From the NCBI GenBank assembly GCA_963740355.1, contig CAVUDW010000002.1:2432001-2496000 (forward strand): 64,000 nucleotides of DNA. Direction: 5' to 3'. The notes under the pieces were generated by a model, which made no database searches, was not told the DNA's origin, and saw nothing but the letters and a program-made list of their open reading frames with translations. Made by a program: the position numbers and the translations under genes. Shown here piece after piece: positions 40,214-49,990 of this stretch (position 1 is the first letter of the stretch; each line of letters starts with the position of its first letter). This DNA is from an uncultured Gemmatimonadaceae bacterium. Lineage in GTDB: Bacteria > Gemmatimonadota > Gemmatimonadetes > Gemmatimonadales > Gemmatimonadaceae.

Positions 40214-40311
40214 AGGATGACTCGACAAAAGTAATCAGATCAGGGCGGTTGCGCGAAGCCCTTGATTTACAACGTCTTGCGGTATCGAGTCGCCACACGG
40301 CCGTCGGCCCG

Positions 40312-42759
40312 CTACCACCGCTCCACCGTCGCCAGCACCGCCGACCCGCGCGGATCCTTGAGAAGGCGCTCGAATCGAGGCCCATGCACGCCGGCCACCA
40401 GCACCGCGTCATGATCGCGCGCCGCTCGCTCGAAGAGGCCCACGGCCGAGTCCATGTCTCCCAGTGCGGCCAGGGTCGCCGCCAGCGTCGCCAGCGGGGG
40501 CAGCTTGCCCCCAGAAGCGTCGCGCATCTGCAGCATCAACTCGCGGGCCTCGTCCACCTGCCCCGCCTCGGCCCGGGCAAGCGCGAGCAACGCCCGGGTT
40601 TCATTGGTCTCACCCCGGCTGCCCGCGTTGGCGTAGCGCTCGACCTGCGAAACAGCATCCGACGCGCGATTCATCGCCATCAGCGCGTCCGCGCGCACGG
40701 CAATGGCGTCGTAGAGCGTCGAATCCTTCATCAGGACGGCGCGAGCGACGGCCTCGGCGAGGTCGGGCTTCTTCTCCGAGAGTAGCACCTGCGCCTCCCA
40801 GGTCCTGAAGAGCGGCGATGCCGCCTCAAGCGACAGCGCTCGCTTGATCCGCGACCGCGCGGTGTCGAAATCACCGACATGGTTCGCGAGTTGGCCGTAC
40901 CACCCCCACGTCAGCGCCGCTGTCGAGTCGAGCGCGAGCGAGCGCTTGAACAGCGACTCGGCCTCGCGATTCGCACTCCGACCCAGGCGCACGAACGCCA
41001 GCGCTGCGTAGGCTTCGGCTGACGTCGAGTCGAGGCTGAGTGCACGCGTCGCGGCCGCCACCGATCGATCGCGCGACGCTTCCCCTGCCGCTGCGCCTTG
41101 CGATGAAGCGATCGCCAGCGTCAGCGCGAGCAGCGACTGTGCACGCGCTGACGCAGGATCGCGCGCGATCGCCTGCTCGAGCAACGGCAATGCCGCTGAG
41201 ACGTCCAGCGCGCGTAGGGCAGACGATGCGCGCAGCACGAGCAGCGCTGCAGCCGGATCGGCAACGCTCGACGAGCTGACATTCGTGTCAGCGATGGATG
41301 GTGCACGTCCCCTGGCTGCTGCTGCCGCACCCGTGGCCATGTCGCGTTCGAGGCCGCCCACGTCCGCGATGGCGCGAGTGAATTTTGCACTCCAGCGCGC
41401 CTTGCCGTCATCGACATCGAGCACTGTCAGGTCAACGAGCAGCGAATCACCTTGTGCGCTCAGCGTGCCCGTGAGCACTGCCGCCGCACCGAGTTCCCGT
41501 GCCACCGCGCGCGGGTCGAGCCCGCGTGCGCGCAACTGCGCGGCGCTCATTCGACCAAGAACTGGCACACCAGCACGTGCGCTCAAGCGTGCAACCTCGT
41601 CAGCCAGCCCGATGCCAATCGCGCTGTCGACGGCCGTGCCACTCGTAGGCGCCAGCGGCAGAATGACGATCGACCCATCGATCGTGGCGGGCCGCACAAC
41701 AGTCGGAACCGGAATCTCCTTTGCCTTCGGTGAGCGCGTGGCCAGGAATCCACCAATCGCCGCCAGCAACAATGCGGCACCGGCCAACGGTGCAAATCGC
41801 CGAAGGTTGGTGGATTGTGTCCTGGCCGGCTCGGGTTGCGCAGCTTGCGCGCCAGTTGGCTGCTTCGTCACGGCCGGCACGTAGGCGGGGGTGAGCGAGC
41901 GCTCGGCAATCGCGCGCTCCGACACATCCACTCCCTGCAACACTTGCAGGATGTTGGCCGCGCTGGATGGTCGCTCTTGTGGTGAGGCGGAGAGGCAGCG
42001 CATCACCAACCGCACGAATGTCGCCGGGACGTCGCGACGTGTCAGCGTGATGGGGGCGGGCTCGTCATCGAGCACTGGCGCCGTGGGGTCCTGCCGCGCG
42101 CGTCGCACGAACGCCGGCATCCCGGTCAGCATCTCATACGCCGCGCATCCCCACGCAAACAGGTCGGCGCGATGATCGACGGTCGAACCTTCCACCAACT
42201 GTTCCGGTGCGCGATAGCCGGCATCGCCGGTGGCCCGTGCAGCGGCAGGCGTCGTCGCGAGCTGTGCATCGGCGACCCCCTGCTCGATGCCGAAATCGGT
42301 CAGCCTGCCTGTCTTCTGTGAAATCAGGATCCGATCGGGCGTAATCCCAAGGTGGACCGCGCCGAGACCGTGTGCATACTCGAGCGCGTTCAGGATGTCG
42401 CGCAGGATCCCGACCGTTTCTTCGAGCGTCAGCGGCGGTTGCTCGAGCAGCCGCGCCCGCAACGTCACACCTGGCACGTAGGGCGTGATGATGTAAGGCA
42501 GCCCTTCCGCAGCGCCAAGCGCGATGGCGGGCACGATACCCGGGTGGTTGAGCCCGGCCGCGCGTTCGGCGCTGGCGAAGAATCGCTCGAAATCGAGCGC
42601 CCCGGCAAAACCCGGCGAGAGCACCGTCACCAGAACGGCACGGTTGAAAATGTTCTCGCGTGCGATGAAGGCGCGCGCAAGGCTGGTGCTGGTCGTTTCC
42701 CGTTCGAGCGCGTACTCGTCACCGAGCGCTTGCTGGAGTGGGGCGAAAAGGTCGCTCAT
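40312..42759 (-). CDS. Membrane-anchored Hanks-type Ser/Thr kinase homologue (predicted pseudokinase) with TolB-N-like and TPR regions
   Basis: HPGIV, DFGI, Y.APEQ and DHRADLFAWG retained; TM segment; SIVILPL..; TPR-like helical repeats. Confidence 0.88.
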   Translation of the reverse strand: MSDLFAPLQQALGDEYALERETTSTSLARAFIARENIFNRAVLVTVLSPGFAGALDFERFFASAERAAGLNHPGIVPAIALGAAEGLPYIITPYVPGVTLRARLLEQPPLTLEETVGILRDILNALEYAHGLGAVHLGITPDRILISQKTGRLTDFGIEQGVADAQLATTPAAARATGDAGYRAPEQLVEGSTVDHRADLFAWGCAAYEMLTGMPAFVRRARQDPTAPVLDDEPAPITLTRRDVPATFVRLVMRCLSASPQERPSSAANILQVLQGVDVSERAIAERSLTPAYVPAVTKQPTGAQAAQPEPARTQSTNLRRFAPLAGAALLLAAIGGFLATRSPKAKEIPVPTVVRPATIDGSIVILPLAPTSGTAVDSAIGIGLADEVARLSARAGVPVLGRMSAAQLRARGLDPRAVARELGAAAVLTGTLSAQGDSLLVDLTVLDVDDGKARWSAKFTRAIADVGGLERDMATGAAAAARGRAPSIADTNVSSSSVADPAAALLVLRASSALRALDVSAALPLLEQAIARDPASARAQSLLALTLAIASSQGAAAGEASRDRSVAAATRALSLDSTSAEAYAALAFVRLGRSANREAESLFKRSLALDSTAALTWGWYGQLANHVGDFDTARSRIKRALSLEAASPLFRTWEAQVLLSEKKPDLAEAVARAVLMKDSTLYDAIAVRADALMAMNRASDAVSQVERYANAGSRGETNETRALLALARAEAGQVDEARELMLQMRDASGGKLPPLATLAATLAALGDMDSAVGLFERAARDHDAVLVAGVHGPRFERLLKDPRGSAVLATVERW

Positions 42760-42829
42760 CGAACGTAAACATGCCTCCCGATGCGGGGAAATGCACCTGG
42801 CGATGGGGGCGGATACCGCAGCGGCTCGG

Positions 42830-43729
42830 CTATCGTGGCGCCGCGCTGATGGCTGCACGCCGCAGCGCTTCGATCTCCGCGATCATTCCCTGCACCTGGG
42901 CACGGACGAGGATCCGTCCCTTTTCCCGCGTCGCGAGCGTGGCGTTGCCGAACGTACCAGTGCGGGACCACGTCTTTCCGTCTCGCACCGCTGCAGCGGA
43001 GTCTCGCGTGAGCCCTCCGGCGCCCGGGTGATAGTCGTTCGGGGCGCGTCGCATCTGGACGACGTGCGGATGCATGTAGAGCATCATCGATGTCTCGAGT
43101 TCGTCGGCGTGGGTGCCGCCTTCCTGCTGTCGGACACGGTCCTCGGCCTCCTTGCCGACCTTCAGGATGTCGGTGTAGACCATCACGATACCGCTGGCCG
43201 CCAGCGAATCGCGCGCCGGGGCGAGTGCGCGAAGTGTGGATACGCCGGTGTTGAGCACGTAGAATCGCCGTGGGCCATGCCGCGCAATCGATCGAATGAT
43301 GTCCACGATCATGTCGCGCGCTGTTTCCATCCGCAGCGACGTCGATCCCGGATATTCTACGAACGCTGGATAAAAGCTGTAATTGACCGTCGGATAGACG
43401 ACGACACGGGTGCCGGCCGCTACCGCCTTTGCGAAGTACTCAGCCAACAACCAGTCATTGTTCAACGGAAGGTGTGGCCCATGCTCCTTCGCCTGCGCCC
43501 CCAGCGGGATCATGACGACGGCTGCGGTGTCGAGGAGTGCGACCGCGTCGGTCCATGGCAGCGCTTCGATCCGGATGCTGCCTGCCGGTGCCCGCCCCGA
43601 CTGCGCCTCGAGGGACGCAACGGGGGATGCTGCGCCGACGCAGAAAAGAGTGATGCACAGTCCGCGGAAGCGCGTTCCGCGCACGGGTCGGGTCTTCGAA
43701 GGCACCGCTGGCCGATCACGTGACGTCAC
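42830..43729 (-). CDS. Creatininase-family protein, probably exported
   Basis: KEHGPHLPLNND, YPGSTSL, HADELETS, AT.EKG; signal-peptide-like N-terminus. Confidence 0.88.
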   Translation of the reverse strand: MTSRDRPAVPSKTRPVRGTRFRGLCITLFCVGAASPVASLEAQSGRAPAGSIRIEALPWTDAVALLDTAAVVMIPLGAQAKEHGPHLPLNNDWLLAEYFAKAVAAGTRVVVYPTVNYSFYPAFVEYPGSTSLRMETARDMIVDIIRSIARHGPRRFYVLNTGVSTLRALAPARDSLAASGIVMVYTDILKVGKEAEDRVRQQEGGTHADELETSMMLYMHPHVVQMRRAPNDYHPGAGGLTRDSAAAVRDGKTWSRTGTFGNATLATREKGRILVRAQVQGMIAEIEALRRAAISAAPR

Positions 43730-45756
43730 GGCGTCGATCCTTGCAGATATCTGGCGTACCAGGTGTGATATCGATCGAGGCGATCACGCACGAACGAGGG
43801 TCGCTCGATGCCGTGAAACTGGTCTGGATAGACGACCAGCTGCGTTGGTACACCGAGCGACTTGAGCGCCTGGAACATCTGCTCGCTGCCGATGATCGGC
43901 ACGTTGAAATCGCTCGCACCGCCCATGAAGAGCGTCGGCGTCGAAATTCGATCAGCGTTCCAGAAAGCGCGCGAGACCTTGTCCCACATCGGCTTGTTCT
44001 TCCATGGCACGCCGAGCTCCTGCTCGTACTGATACACATACTGGTCGGAGCCATACATCGAAGACTGCAACGCGCTGCCCGCGCCGCTGATGGCGGCCTT
44101 GAATCGCGGCGTGGTCGCGATCGTGTAGTCAGTCAGGATGCCGCCGTAACTCCAGCCACCAATGCCGAGTCTATCCGGATCAGCGAGACCGAGCGCGATG
44201 AGGTGGTCGACGCCTGCGAGCAGGTCCTGCACCTCCTTGTTGCCCCAGTCGGCGAAGATGGCCTTCTTCCATGCTTGGCCTCGACCAGAGCTGCCGCGAT
44301 AGTTCACGGAGAGGACGAGATAGCCGTCAGCGGCGAACAGTTGACGCTCCATCGTCGGTAGCCAGACACCGCTATCGAACAGGTGTTCGTCCTGCCCGTT
44401 CGGGCCGCCATGGATGCGGAGAAGCAGCGGATATCGCTTCCCGGCAGTGAAGCCGGCCGGCTTCACCAGGAGCGCGTTGACCGTCTGGCCGTCCTTGTTC
44501 GGGAACGAGATGTCTTCCGTCGCACCAAGCTGCAGTTCCGCAAACAATGCGTCGTTCACGTGCGTCAGGGACCGTTGCGTTCCATTCTCGAGCACGTGCA
44601 GCTCTGCCGCGACGCTCGCCGTTCCATCTCGCGTAACGATTTTTCCATCGGGAGCCACATCGAATGAGGTGACGACGCGCCTGCCTGTCAGCAGCCGCGT
44701 CACGCTGCCGTCCGCTATCGCCACTCGAGCCAGGTGCACCGCGCGATCATCACCGAGCAGGAATGCGATCGTGGCACCATCATGGCTCCAGTGCAGGTCG
44801 CTGACATCGCGGTCGAGTGATGTGGCGAGCAGCCGTGGCGCCCCGCCGTGGCTCGGAATGACTGCGATCGTGTTCTGCGAATAGGCGTAGAGTCGCGGCT
44901 CGCTACCTTGCAGATAGGCGATCTGCGTGCCGTCGGGACTCCAGACGGGCCCTTCGTCAGCACCGGCCCACGAGGTGAGCTGGATGGGTGTCGCGCCAGA
45001 AACTGCGTCCACCACGAACAGGTCAGTGTAGTTGCTGCGATCAGGATCCGTGCCGGCTCGCTGACTGACGAATGCGATGCGCTTGCCGTCAGGCGACCAT
45101 TGCAGCTGCGAATCATCGAAGTCACCGTTCGTGACCTGAACCGCCTTGCGTGACGCCACGTCCACGATCCAGATGTGGTCTCGCCGGCGATTGAGGTAGC
45201 CGTCGTAGTCTCGCTTGAATGCGTAGCGATCGATGACGATGGGCTTTGGGCGCTTGCTCTTCACGGAGTCCGGCAGTGCGTCGTCGGCAGCGCTATCGTG
45301 CGAGATGACGGCGACACGCGAGCCATCAGGCGACCATGCGTACTCTGCAACGCCACCGCTGAGCTCCGTCAGCCGCTCGGCCTCCCCACCGGATCGATCG
45401 AGCAACCAGAGCTGGCCGCCCTTGGACTCAAAGCGCCCGGAGACGAACGAGAGGTAGCGATTGCCCGGACTCCACCGCGGATTCGACTCATCCTCTGGTG
45501 AACTGGTGAGGCGAATGGTGCGATCACCAGCCCAGTTGACCATCCAGACGTCGGAGTCGCGAGCATCCTTCACCGAGTCGACAGTCGTGACCGTGTACGC
45601 CACCCATGCGCCGTCTGGTGAGATTCGAGGATCGCCCACATCCCGTAACCGATAGATGTCGTCAGCCCGAATGGGGCGCTTCGCCTGAGCAGCCATGACT
45701 GCCGGCAGAAGGGCGATGACAGCAAGGACAACGACGCGCTGCAGCACCTGGCGCAC
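43726..45756 (-). CDS. S9 family peptidase with beta-propeller
   Basis: WSPDG repeats, HGGP, GWSYGG, DFNVP, QFHG; signal peptide; GTG start inferred. Confidence 0.93.
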   Translation of the reverse strand: MRQVLQRVVVLAVIALLPAVMAAQAKRPIRADDIYRLRDVGDPRISPDGAWVAYTVTTVDSVKDARDSDVWMVNWAGDRTIRLTSSPEDESNPRWSPGNRYLSFVSGRFESKGGQLWLLDRSGGEAERLTELSGGVAEYAWSPDGSRVAVISHDSAADDALPDSVKSKRPKPIVIDRYAFKRDYDGYLNRRRDHIWIVDVASRKAVQVTNGDFDDSQLQWSPDGKRIAFVSQRAGTDPDRSNYTDLFVVDAVSGATPIQLTSWAGADEGPVWSPDGTQIAYLQGSEPRLYAYSQNTIAVIPSHGGAPRLLATSLDRDVSDLHWSHDGATIAFLLGDDRAVHLARVAIADGSVTRLLTGRRVVTSFDVAPDGKIVTRDGTASVAAELHVLENGTQRSLTHVNDALFAELQLGATEDISFPNKDGQTVNALLVKPAGFTAGKRYPLLLRIHGGPNGQDEHLFDSGVWLPTMERQLFAADGYLVLSVNYRGSSGRGQAWKKAIFADWGNKEVQDLLAGVDHLIALGLADPDRLGIGGWSYGGILTDYTIATTPRFKAAISGAGSALQSSMYGSDQYVYQYEQELGVPWKNKPMWDKVSRAFWNADRISTPTLFMGGASDFNVPIIGSEQMFQALKSLGVPTQLVVYPDQFHGIERPSFVRDRLDRYHTWYARYLQGSTP

Positions 45757-45901
45757 CCCTTCCCCACTTCGACAACGCCGCCCCACCCTCGTTTGATCAC
45801 CCTCTGCCGCCACGGATGCGTGTGCGGATACGTTGGTCGCCTCGGCGATGCGTGAATTCCGTCGGAGCATTGACGCAGGTGCAGTTGGGGGAGAACTGTC
45901 G

Positions 45902-47275
45902 TCAGCCTGGGGTTGCGGCCGTCGTGGCTGTTGGATTGAGAGTACGCGATGGCGACGTCGCCCACCAGACGGTGGCTGCACCGAGGACGCCGGCAACAAC
46001 GGACGCGATCACGATGCCGAGTTTTGCCTGGGACAGCTCCACAGTCCCCGGGAAGGCGAGGGCGGAGACAAAAAGGGACATAGTGAATCCAATACCGGCG
46101 AGTCCGGCGACCCCGGCAACCATCCGCCAGGTGGCACCCGTCGGCAAGGATGCACCGAGGCGTGTGGCAATCCAGGTGCTGGTGAGGATGCCGATCGGCT
46201 TGCCGAGGACCAGCCCCAATGCCACACCGATGCTGACTGAGCCGATCAATGACGGTGCCGCGTCGTCACCTCCGCCGAGCGACACACCGGCGTTCGCGAG
46301 CGCGAAGAGGGGCATGATCCAGAAGTTCACCGGGGTGTGCAAGAGATGGCGAAAGTGTGCGAGGGGCGGCTGTGCCTCCTCGACGGCCGTCTCGATTGCT
46401 GCCAATGCACGCTGCTGGCCGCCGTTCGAGAGCACCGGGCGATCATCTTCCCCGGTCGCCACCTCGAATTCGTTCAACCGCTGACGCGCTTCTTCCTCGA
46501 ACACCGCGGGCTCGATTCGAGAGCGCGCCGGAATGGTGAGCGCGAGCAGGACGCCCGCGACGGTGGAATGCACGCCGGAGCGCAGCACGCAGTACCACAG
46601 TGCGATCCCCAGCAACGCATAGACACTTTTCCAGGCAACGCCAGACAGGCTGGCCGCGATCAGCACGAGCAGCACGCCGCCAGACACCAGCAACCAGGAC
46701 ACGGACGGCGCATGCCCGTAGAAGAGGCTGATCACCAGCACCGCGCCGAGGTCGTCAGCGATCGCCAGTGCGGCGAGAAAGACGGTCAAGGCGGGGGGGA
46801 CGCGGGAGCCCAGCAGGGCCAAAACGCCGAGCGCAAACGCGATGTCGGTTGCGGTGGGAATGCCCCACCCTGGCGCGCCAGGCGTGCCGTGATTGAGCGC
46901 AAGGAAGATGAGAGCCGGCGCGACCATGCCGCCCAACGCAGCAGCCAGGGGGAGCGACGCACTCCGCAGCGTGGAGAGCTCGCCGACCAGCATCTCACTC
47001 TTGATTTCGAGACCGACCAGCAGAAAGAACACGGCCATCAGGCCGTCGCTGATCCACTCGCGGAGCGTGAGAGAGAAACTGCCCGTGCCAAAGCCGAGCG
47101 AAAGCGGCGTCTCCCAGAACGCTTCGACCGACGAATGCCAGGGACTGTTTGCGAGCGCCATCGCGATCGCCGCCGCGACGAGGAGCGCGACACCACCACC
47201 TGCCTGCCATTCCGCGAACTGCCGGAAGGGGCGAAAGATCCGGACGGCGAGGACCTGCGGCTGCGGAGAATTCAT
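45902..47275 (-). CDS. nhaA: Na+/H+ antiporter NhaA
   Basis: DGLMAVFFLLVGLEIK, ATDIAF, LAIADD, PLFALANAG, GIGFTMSLF. Confidence 0.97.
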   Translation of the reverse strand: MNSPQPQVLAVRIFRPFRQFAEWQAGGGVALLVAAAIAMALANSPWHSSVEAFWETPLSLGFGTGSFSLTLREWISDGLMAVFFLLVGLEIKSEMLVGELSTLRSASLPLAAALGGMVAPALIFLALNHGTPGAPGWGIPTATDIAFALGVLALLGSRVPPALTVFLAALAIADDLGAVLVISLFYGHAPSVSWLLVSGGVLLVLIAASLSGVAWKSVYALLGIALWYCVLRSGVHSTVAGVLLALTIPARSRIEPAVFEEEARQRLNEFEVATGEDDRPVLSNGGQQRALAAIETAVEEAQPPLAHFRHLLHTPVNFWIMPLFALANAGVSLGGGDDAAPSLIGSVSIGVALGLVLGKPIGILTSTWIATRLGASLPTGATWRMVAGVAGLAGIGFTMSLFVSALAFPGTVELSQAKLGIVIASVVAGVLGAATVWWATSPSRTLNPTATTAATPG

Positions 47276-47286
47276 CCCGTAAAATA

Positions 47287-47319
47287 GCTCGAGCCGCCCC
47301 CGTGGAGGGCGGCTCGAGC
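47287..47319 (-). terminator. Intrinsic terminator after the ECF operon
   Basis: 13-bp stem gctcgagccgccc / gggcggctcgagc followed by TATTTT on the minus strand. Confidence 0.7.
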
Positions 47320-47353
47320 CGGAAATCGAGGCGACAATTGTCGCTTACGTCAG

Positions 47354-47944
47354 CTATTCCGGTGGGGGATCGCCACCGCGAACGCTATCGGCACGCTGCT
47401 GAATCCTTCGACGCAGCTGCTCCATCATCCCGATGTAGCGCGCACGTTGCTCCGGGGTGAGAAACTCGCTCAGTGCCTCTTGCTCCTTCTGCTGCAGTTC
47501 GAGGCGCTGGCGTTGCGCATCGAGCAGGTCGTCGAGCAAGCGCGCCGTGTTGGGCGAGCTCGTCGAGTCGCCGGACGCAATCGACTGGCGCAAGTCGCGA
47601 CGGATCCGCATCTCGTCGCGCGCGACCTTCAATCTCTGCTCACCAAAGCGACGGTTGACGTCCATCAGTCGCGTGGCCTGCTGATCGGTGAGGTTGAGGC
47701 GTTGACGAACCACGCGAGCGAGTGCTTCACGAAGGGAGTTCTCGACGCGCAGGCGCTCCGCCGCGGCCTTGTTGTTACGAAGCGGATCTTCAGCATTCAG
47801 CTCGGCGCGCGCGGCCTGTCGTGCTTCGCGTCGCGCGCGCATCGCTTCGCGGGCGGTAGTGGCATCCTGTGCGCCCGCGTTCACGGCGCTTATCGCCAGC
47901 AGGACGAAGCTCAGCATGATGCCGGGAATACGACGACTGGTCAT
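47354..47944 (-). CDS. Periplasmic Spy/CpxP-like helical protein
   Basis: Signal peptide; two LTxxQ motifs (LNLTDQQ, FLTPEQRARY). Confidence 0.8.
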   Translation of the reverse strand: MTSRRIPGIMLSFVLLAISAVNAGAQDATTAREAMRARREARQAARAELNAEDPLRNNKAAAERLRVENSLREALARVVRQRLNLTDQQATRLMDVNRRFGEQRLKVARDEMRIRRDLRQSIASGDSTSSPNTARLLDDLLDAQRQRLELQQKEQEALSEFLTPEQRARYIGMMEQLRRRIQQRADSVRGGDPPPE

Positions 47945-48510
47945 GCGCCCTCGCCTGCGAGGAGATCTGCGCCCATGTCAGGGTCGGCCGACGGCACGCC
48001 GTCCAGCGCCTGAATGTCCGCCTCGAGGGCGCGGAGTTGCTCAACCGACAGCTCATCAGTCGACGCACCAAGCCCGAGCTGCATGGACGTCGCGGCCACG
48101 GCGACGGATTCTGCACGCACACTCGGCGTCAACGGCATTGCTGCCCTGGTGCGGCCGGAGTACACCGTCACCATCGTGCCGCCGCCTACAATCACCAGCA
48201 GCGCTGCCGCCCGGGCGAACCGCTGCGAAATCCACGGACGCTTCGCCTCGCGCCGGGCCGCCAATTCATCGATCTCGGGCGCGAGCGTTGCGGCGGGAGG
48301 CGTCGGAAGTGCCGCAACGATGCGCGACACATCGAGCGTGGGCGCCGCGGCATGCGCCGTCCGGATCGCGCGCAGCATCGCCAGCTCTGCCATCAAGTCG
48401 GGATCGGCGGCTACGGCGCGCTCGACGGCCGCTGCCTCGTCCGCCGCGAGGCGTCCGTGCAGCAGGTCCGGCAGGCAATCCAGCAGTTCATCCCTCGTCA
48501 TGTCACGCAT
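47941..48510 (-). CDS. Putative anti-sigma factor
   Basis: Degenerate anti-sigma N-domain (LPDLLHGRL..VE), single TM; coupled to the ECF sigma gene. Confidence 0.75.
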   Translation of the reverse strand: MRDMTRDELLDCLPDLLHGRLAADEAAAVERAVAADPDLMAELAMLRAIRTAHAAAPTLDVSRIVAALPTPPAATLAPEIDELAARREAKRPWISQRFARAAALLVIVGGGTMVTVYSGRTRAAMPLTPSVRAESVAVAATSMQLGLGASTDELSVEQLRALEADIQALDGVPSADPDMGADLLAGEGA

Positions 48511-49066
48511 CGAGATACTCCTTCACGGCACGCATTGCATTGTGGTAGTGCACCCGCGCGGCGCCTTCAGTCGTGTCGGCGATCACCGCAATTTCCTTGT
48601 ACGACAATCCTTCCACCACCCGCAGTGTGAAGACTTCACGTTGCATCGGTGACAGTCGTGCCACCGACTGGCGCACCCGCTGTTCCGATTCGTCGGCCAC
48701 CACACCATCCAGCACGTCATCGGCCGATACCAACTGGTCCTGCGCATCCTCGATCGCGACGTGATTCCGCTCACGACGGGTTGACCGCCGCTGATCCAGC
48801 ACCAGTCGTCGGGCAATCGTGAAAAGCCACGACCGCAACGATGATTCCCCACGAAACGAGTCGAGCGACCCGAAGGCGCGCACGAACGTGTCCTGCACCA
48901 GCTCCTCCGGTGGCGTCAGCACACCGAGACTGGACACGAACCGGGCCAGTGAGGTGGCGTGCCGCTCCACCAGTGCAGTGGCGGCACGCTGATCTCCGCT
49001 CTTCCAGCGGGCGATCAGCGCGCGGTCAACCTCTGCGTCGTCGCCGGCTCGGTTCAGGTCTGGCAT
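48503..49066 (-). CDS. ECF RNA polymerase sigma factor
   Basis: ELVQDTFVRAF, FRGESSLRSWLFTIA, LSPMQREVF.LR..EGLSYKEIA; start uncertain (49066 or 49162). Confidence 0.93.
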   Translation of the reverse strand: MPDLNRAGDDAEVDRALIARWKSGDQRAATALVERHATSLARFVSSLGVLTPPEELVQDTFVRAFGSLDSFRGESSLRSWLFTIARRLVLDQRRSTRRERNHVAIEDAQDQLVSADDVLDGVVADESEQRVRQSVARLSPMQREVFTLRVVEGLSYKEIAVIADTTEGAARVHYHNAMRAVKEYLDA

Positions 49067-49181
49067 GTCAGTCTGGTAGGCAGACGCGGGACGCGCGGCG
49101 ATGTTAAGGGAGCTCTGCTGAGCTCCCGACACCTCGCCTCCCTCCGTCGCGTCGCTGGCCACGTCTGCCCCTCCCCGTCTG

Positions 49182-49886
49182 ATGCCGATTCACCCCGTCC
49201 CCGCCCTCATCGCCCATCGCGGCCTGCCTCGCCAGCACCGCGAGAATACCCTGCCCGGGTTCCTCGCCGCCACAACCGCTGGATCGGACGGCTGGGAATT
49301 GGACGTGCATGCGACGCGCGACGGGGTGCTGGTGGTACATCACGATGCCGTCCTGCCGGCCGGCGCCGGTTCGCTCGCGGGTGCCGCCATTGCTGCCCAC
49401 GACTGGGACGCGCTCTCGGTGGCGACGGTCGGTGCCGGTGGCGAGCGGATACCCACCCTCGATGCCGTTTTGGATGCCGCAGGCAGCAACGCGATCGTCT
49501 ACGTGGAGGTGAAGGCGCGTGGCATCGAGGAACTGGTGGCGGACTGTCTCGCCCGACACCCAGCCACGCGGACCGCTGTCCACAGTTTCGACCATCGCGT
49601 GGCGCAACGCATCCAGGCGGCACATCCGACCATCGCCGTGGGCATCCTGATGGATTCCTACCTCGTCGACCCCGTTCACGCCCTGCGTGGCGCCGGCGCG
49701 CGCGACTACTGGCCCCATCGCGAGATGGTGGACGAGGCGCTGGTCGACGCGGTACACGCCGCCGGAGGCCATGTCATCGTCTGGACGGTCAATGATCCCA
49801 CCGAGGCGCGGCGGCTGGCGGCGCTCGGTGTCGATGCGCTCTGCTCCGATGTCGTTGACGAGTTGCGACAGGCGCTCCGCGAATAG
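49182..49886 (+). CDS. Glycerophosphodiester phosphodiesterase
   Basis: IAHRG..ENT, ELDVH.TRDG..VVHHD, IPTL, EVK, WTVN. Confidence 0.93.
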   Translation: MPIHPVPALIAHRGLPRQHRENTLPGFLAATTAGSDGWELDVHATRDGVLVVHHDAVLPAGAGSLAGAAIAAHDWDALSVATVGAGGERIPTLDAVLDAAGSNAIVYVEVKARGIEELVADCLARHPATRTAVHSFDHRVAQRIQAAHPTIAVGILMDSYLVDPVHALRGAGARDYWPHREMVDEALVDAVHAAGGHVIVWTVNDPTEARRLAALGVDALCSDVVDELRQALRE

Positions 49887-49990
49887 CCGGAGGAGTGCGT
49901 ACTTGGCGAGTGCGTAGTTGGCGGTGCCTCGTGTGAGGCGGCACATTGGCCTCGCCCCCTTTTCGCAGCCCACCTTCGGAGGTCGAGCTC

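Noticed and set aside
47276..47286. TATTTT as a leaderless -10 box for nhaA
   Set aside because: Equally explained as the U tract of the adjacent terminator; cannot be resolved from sequence
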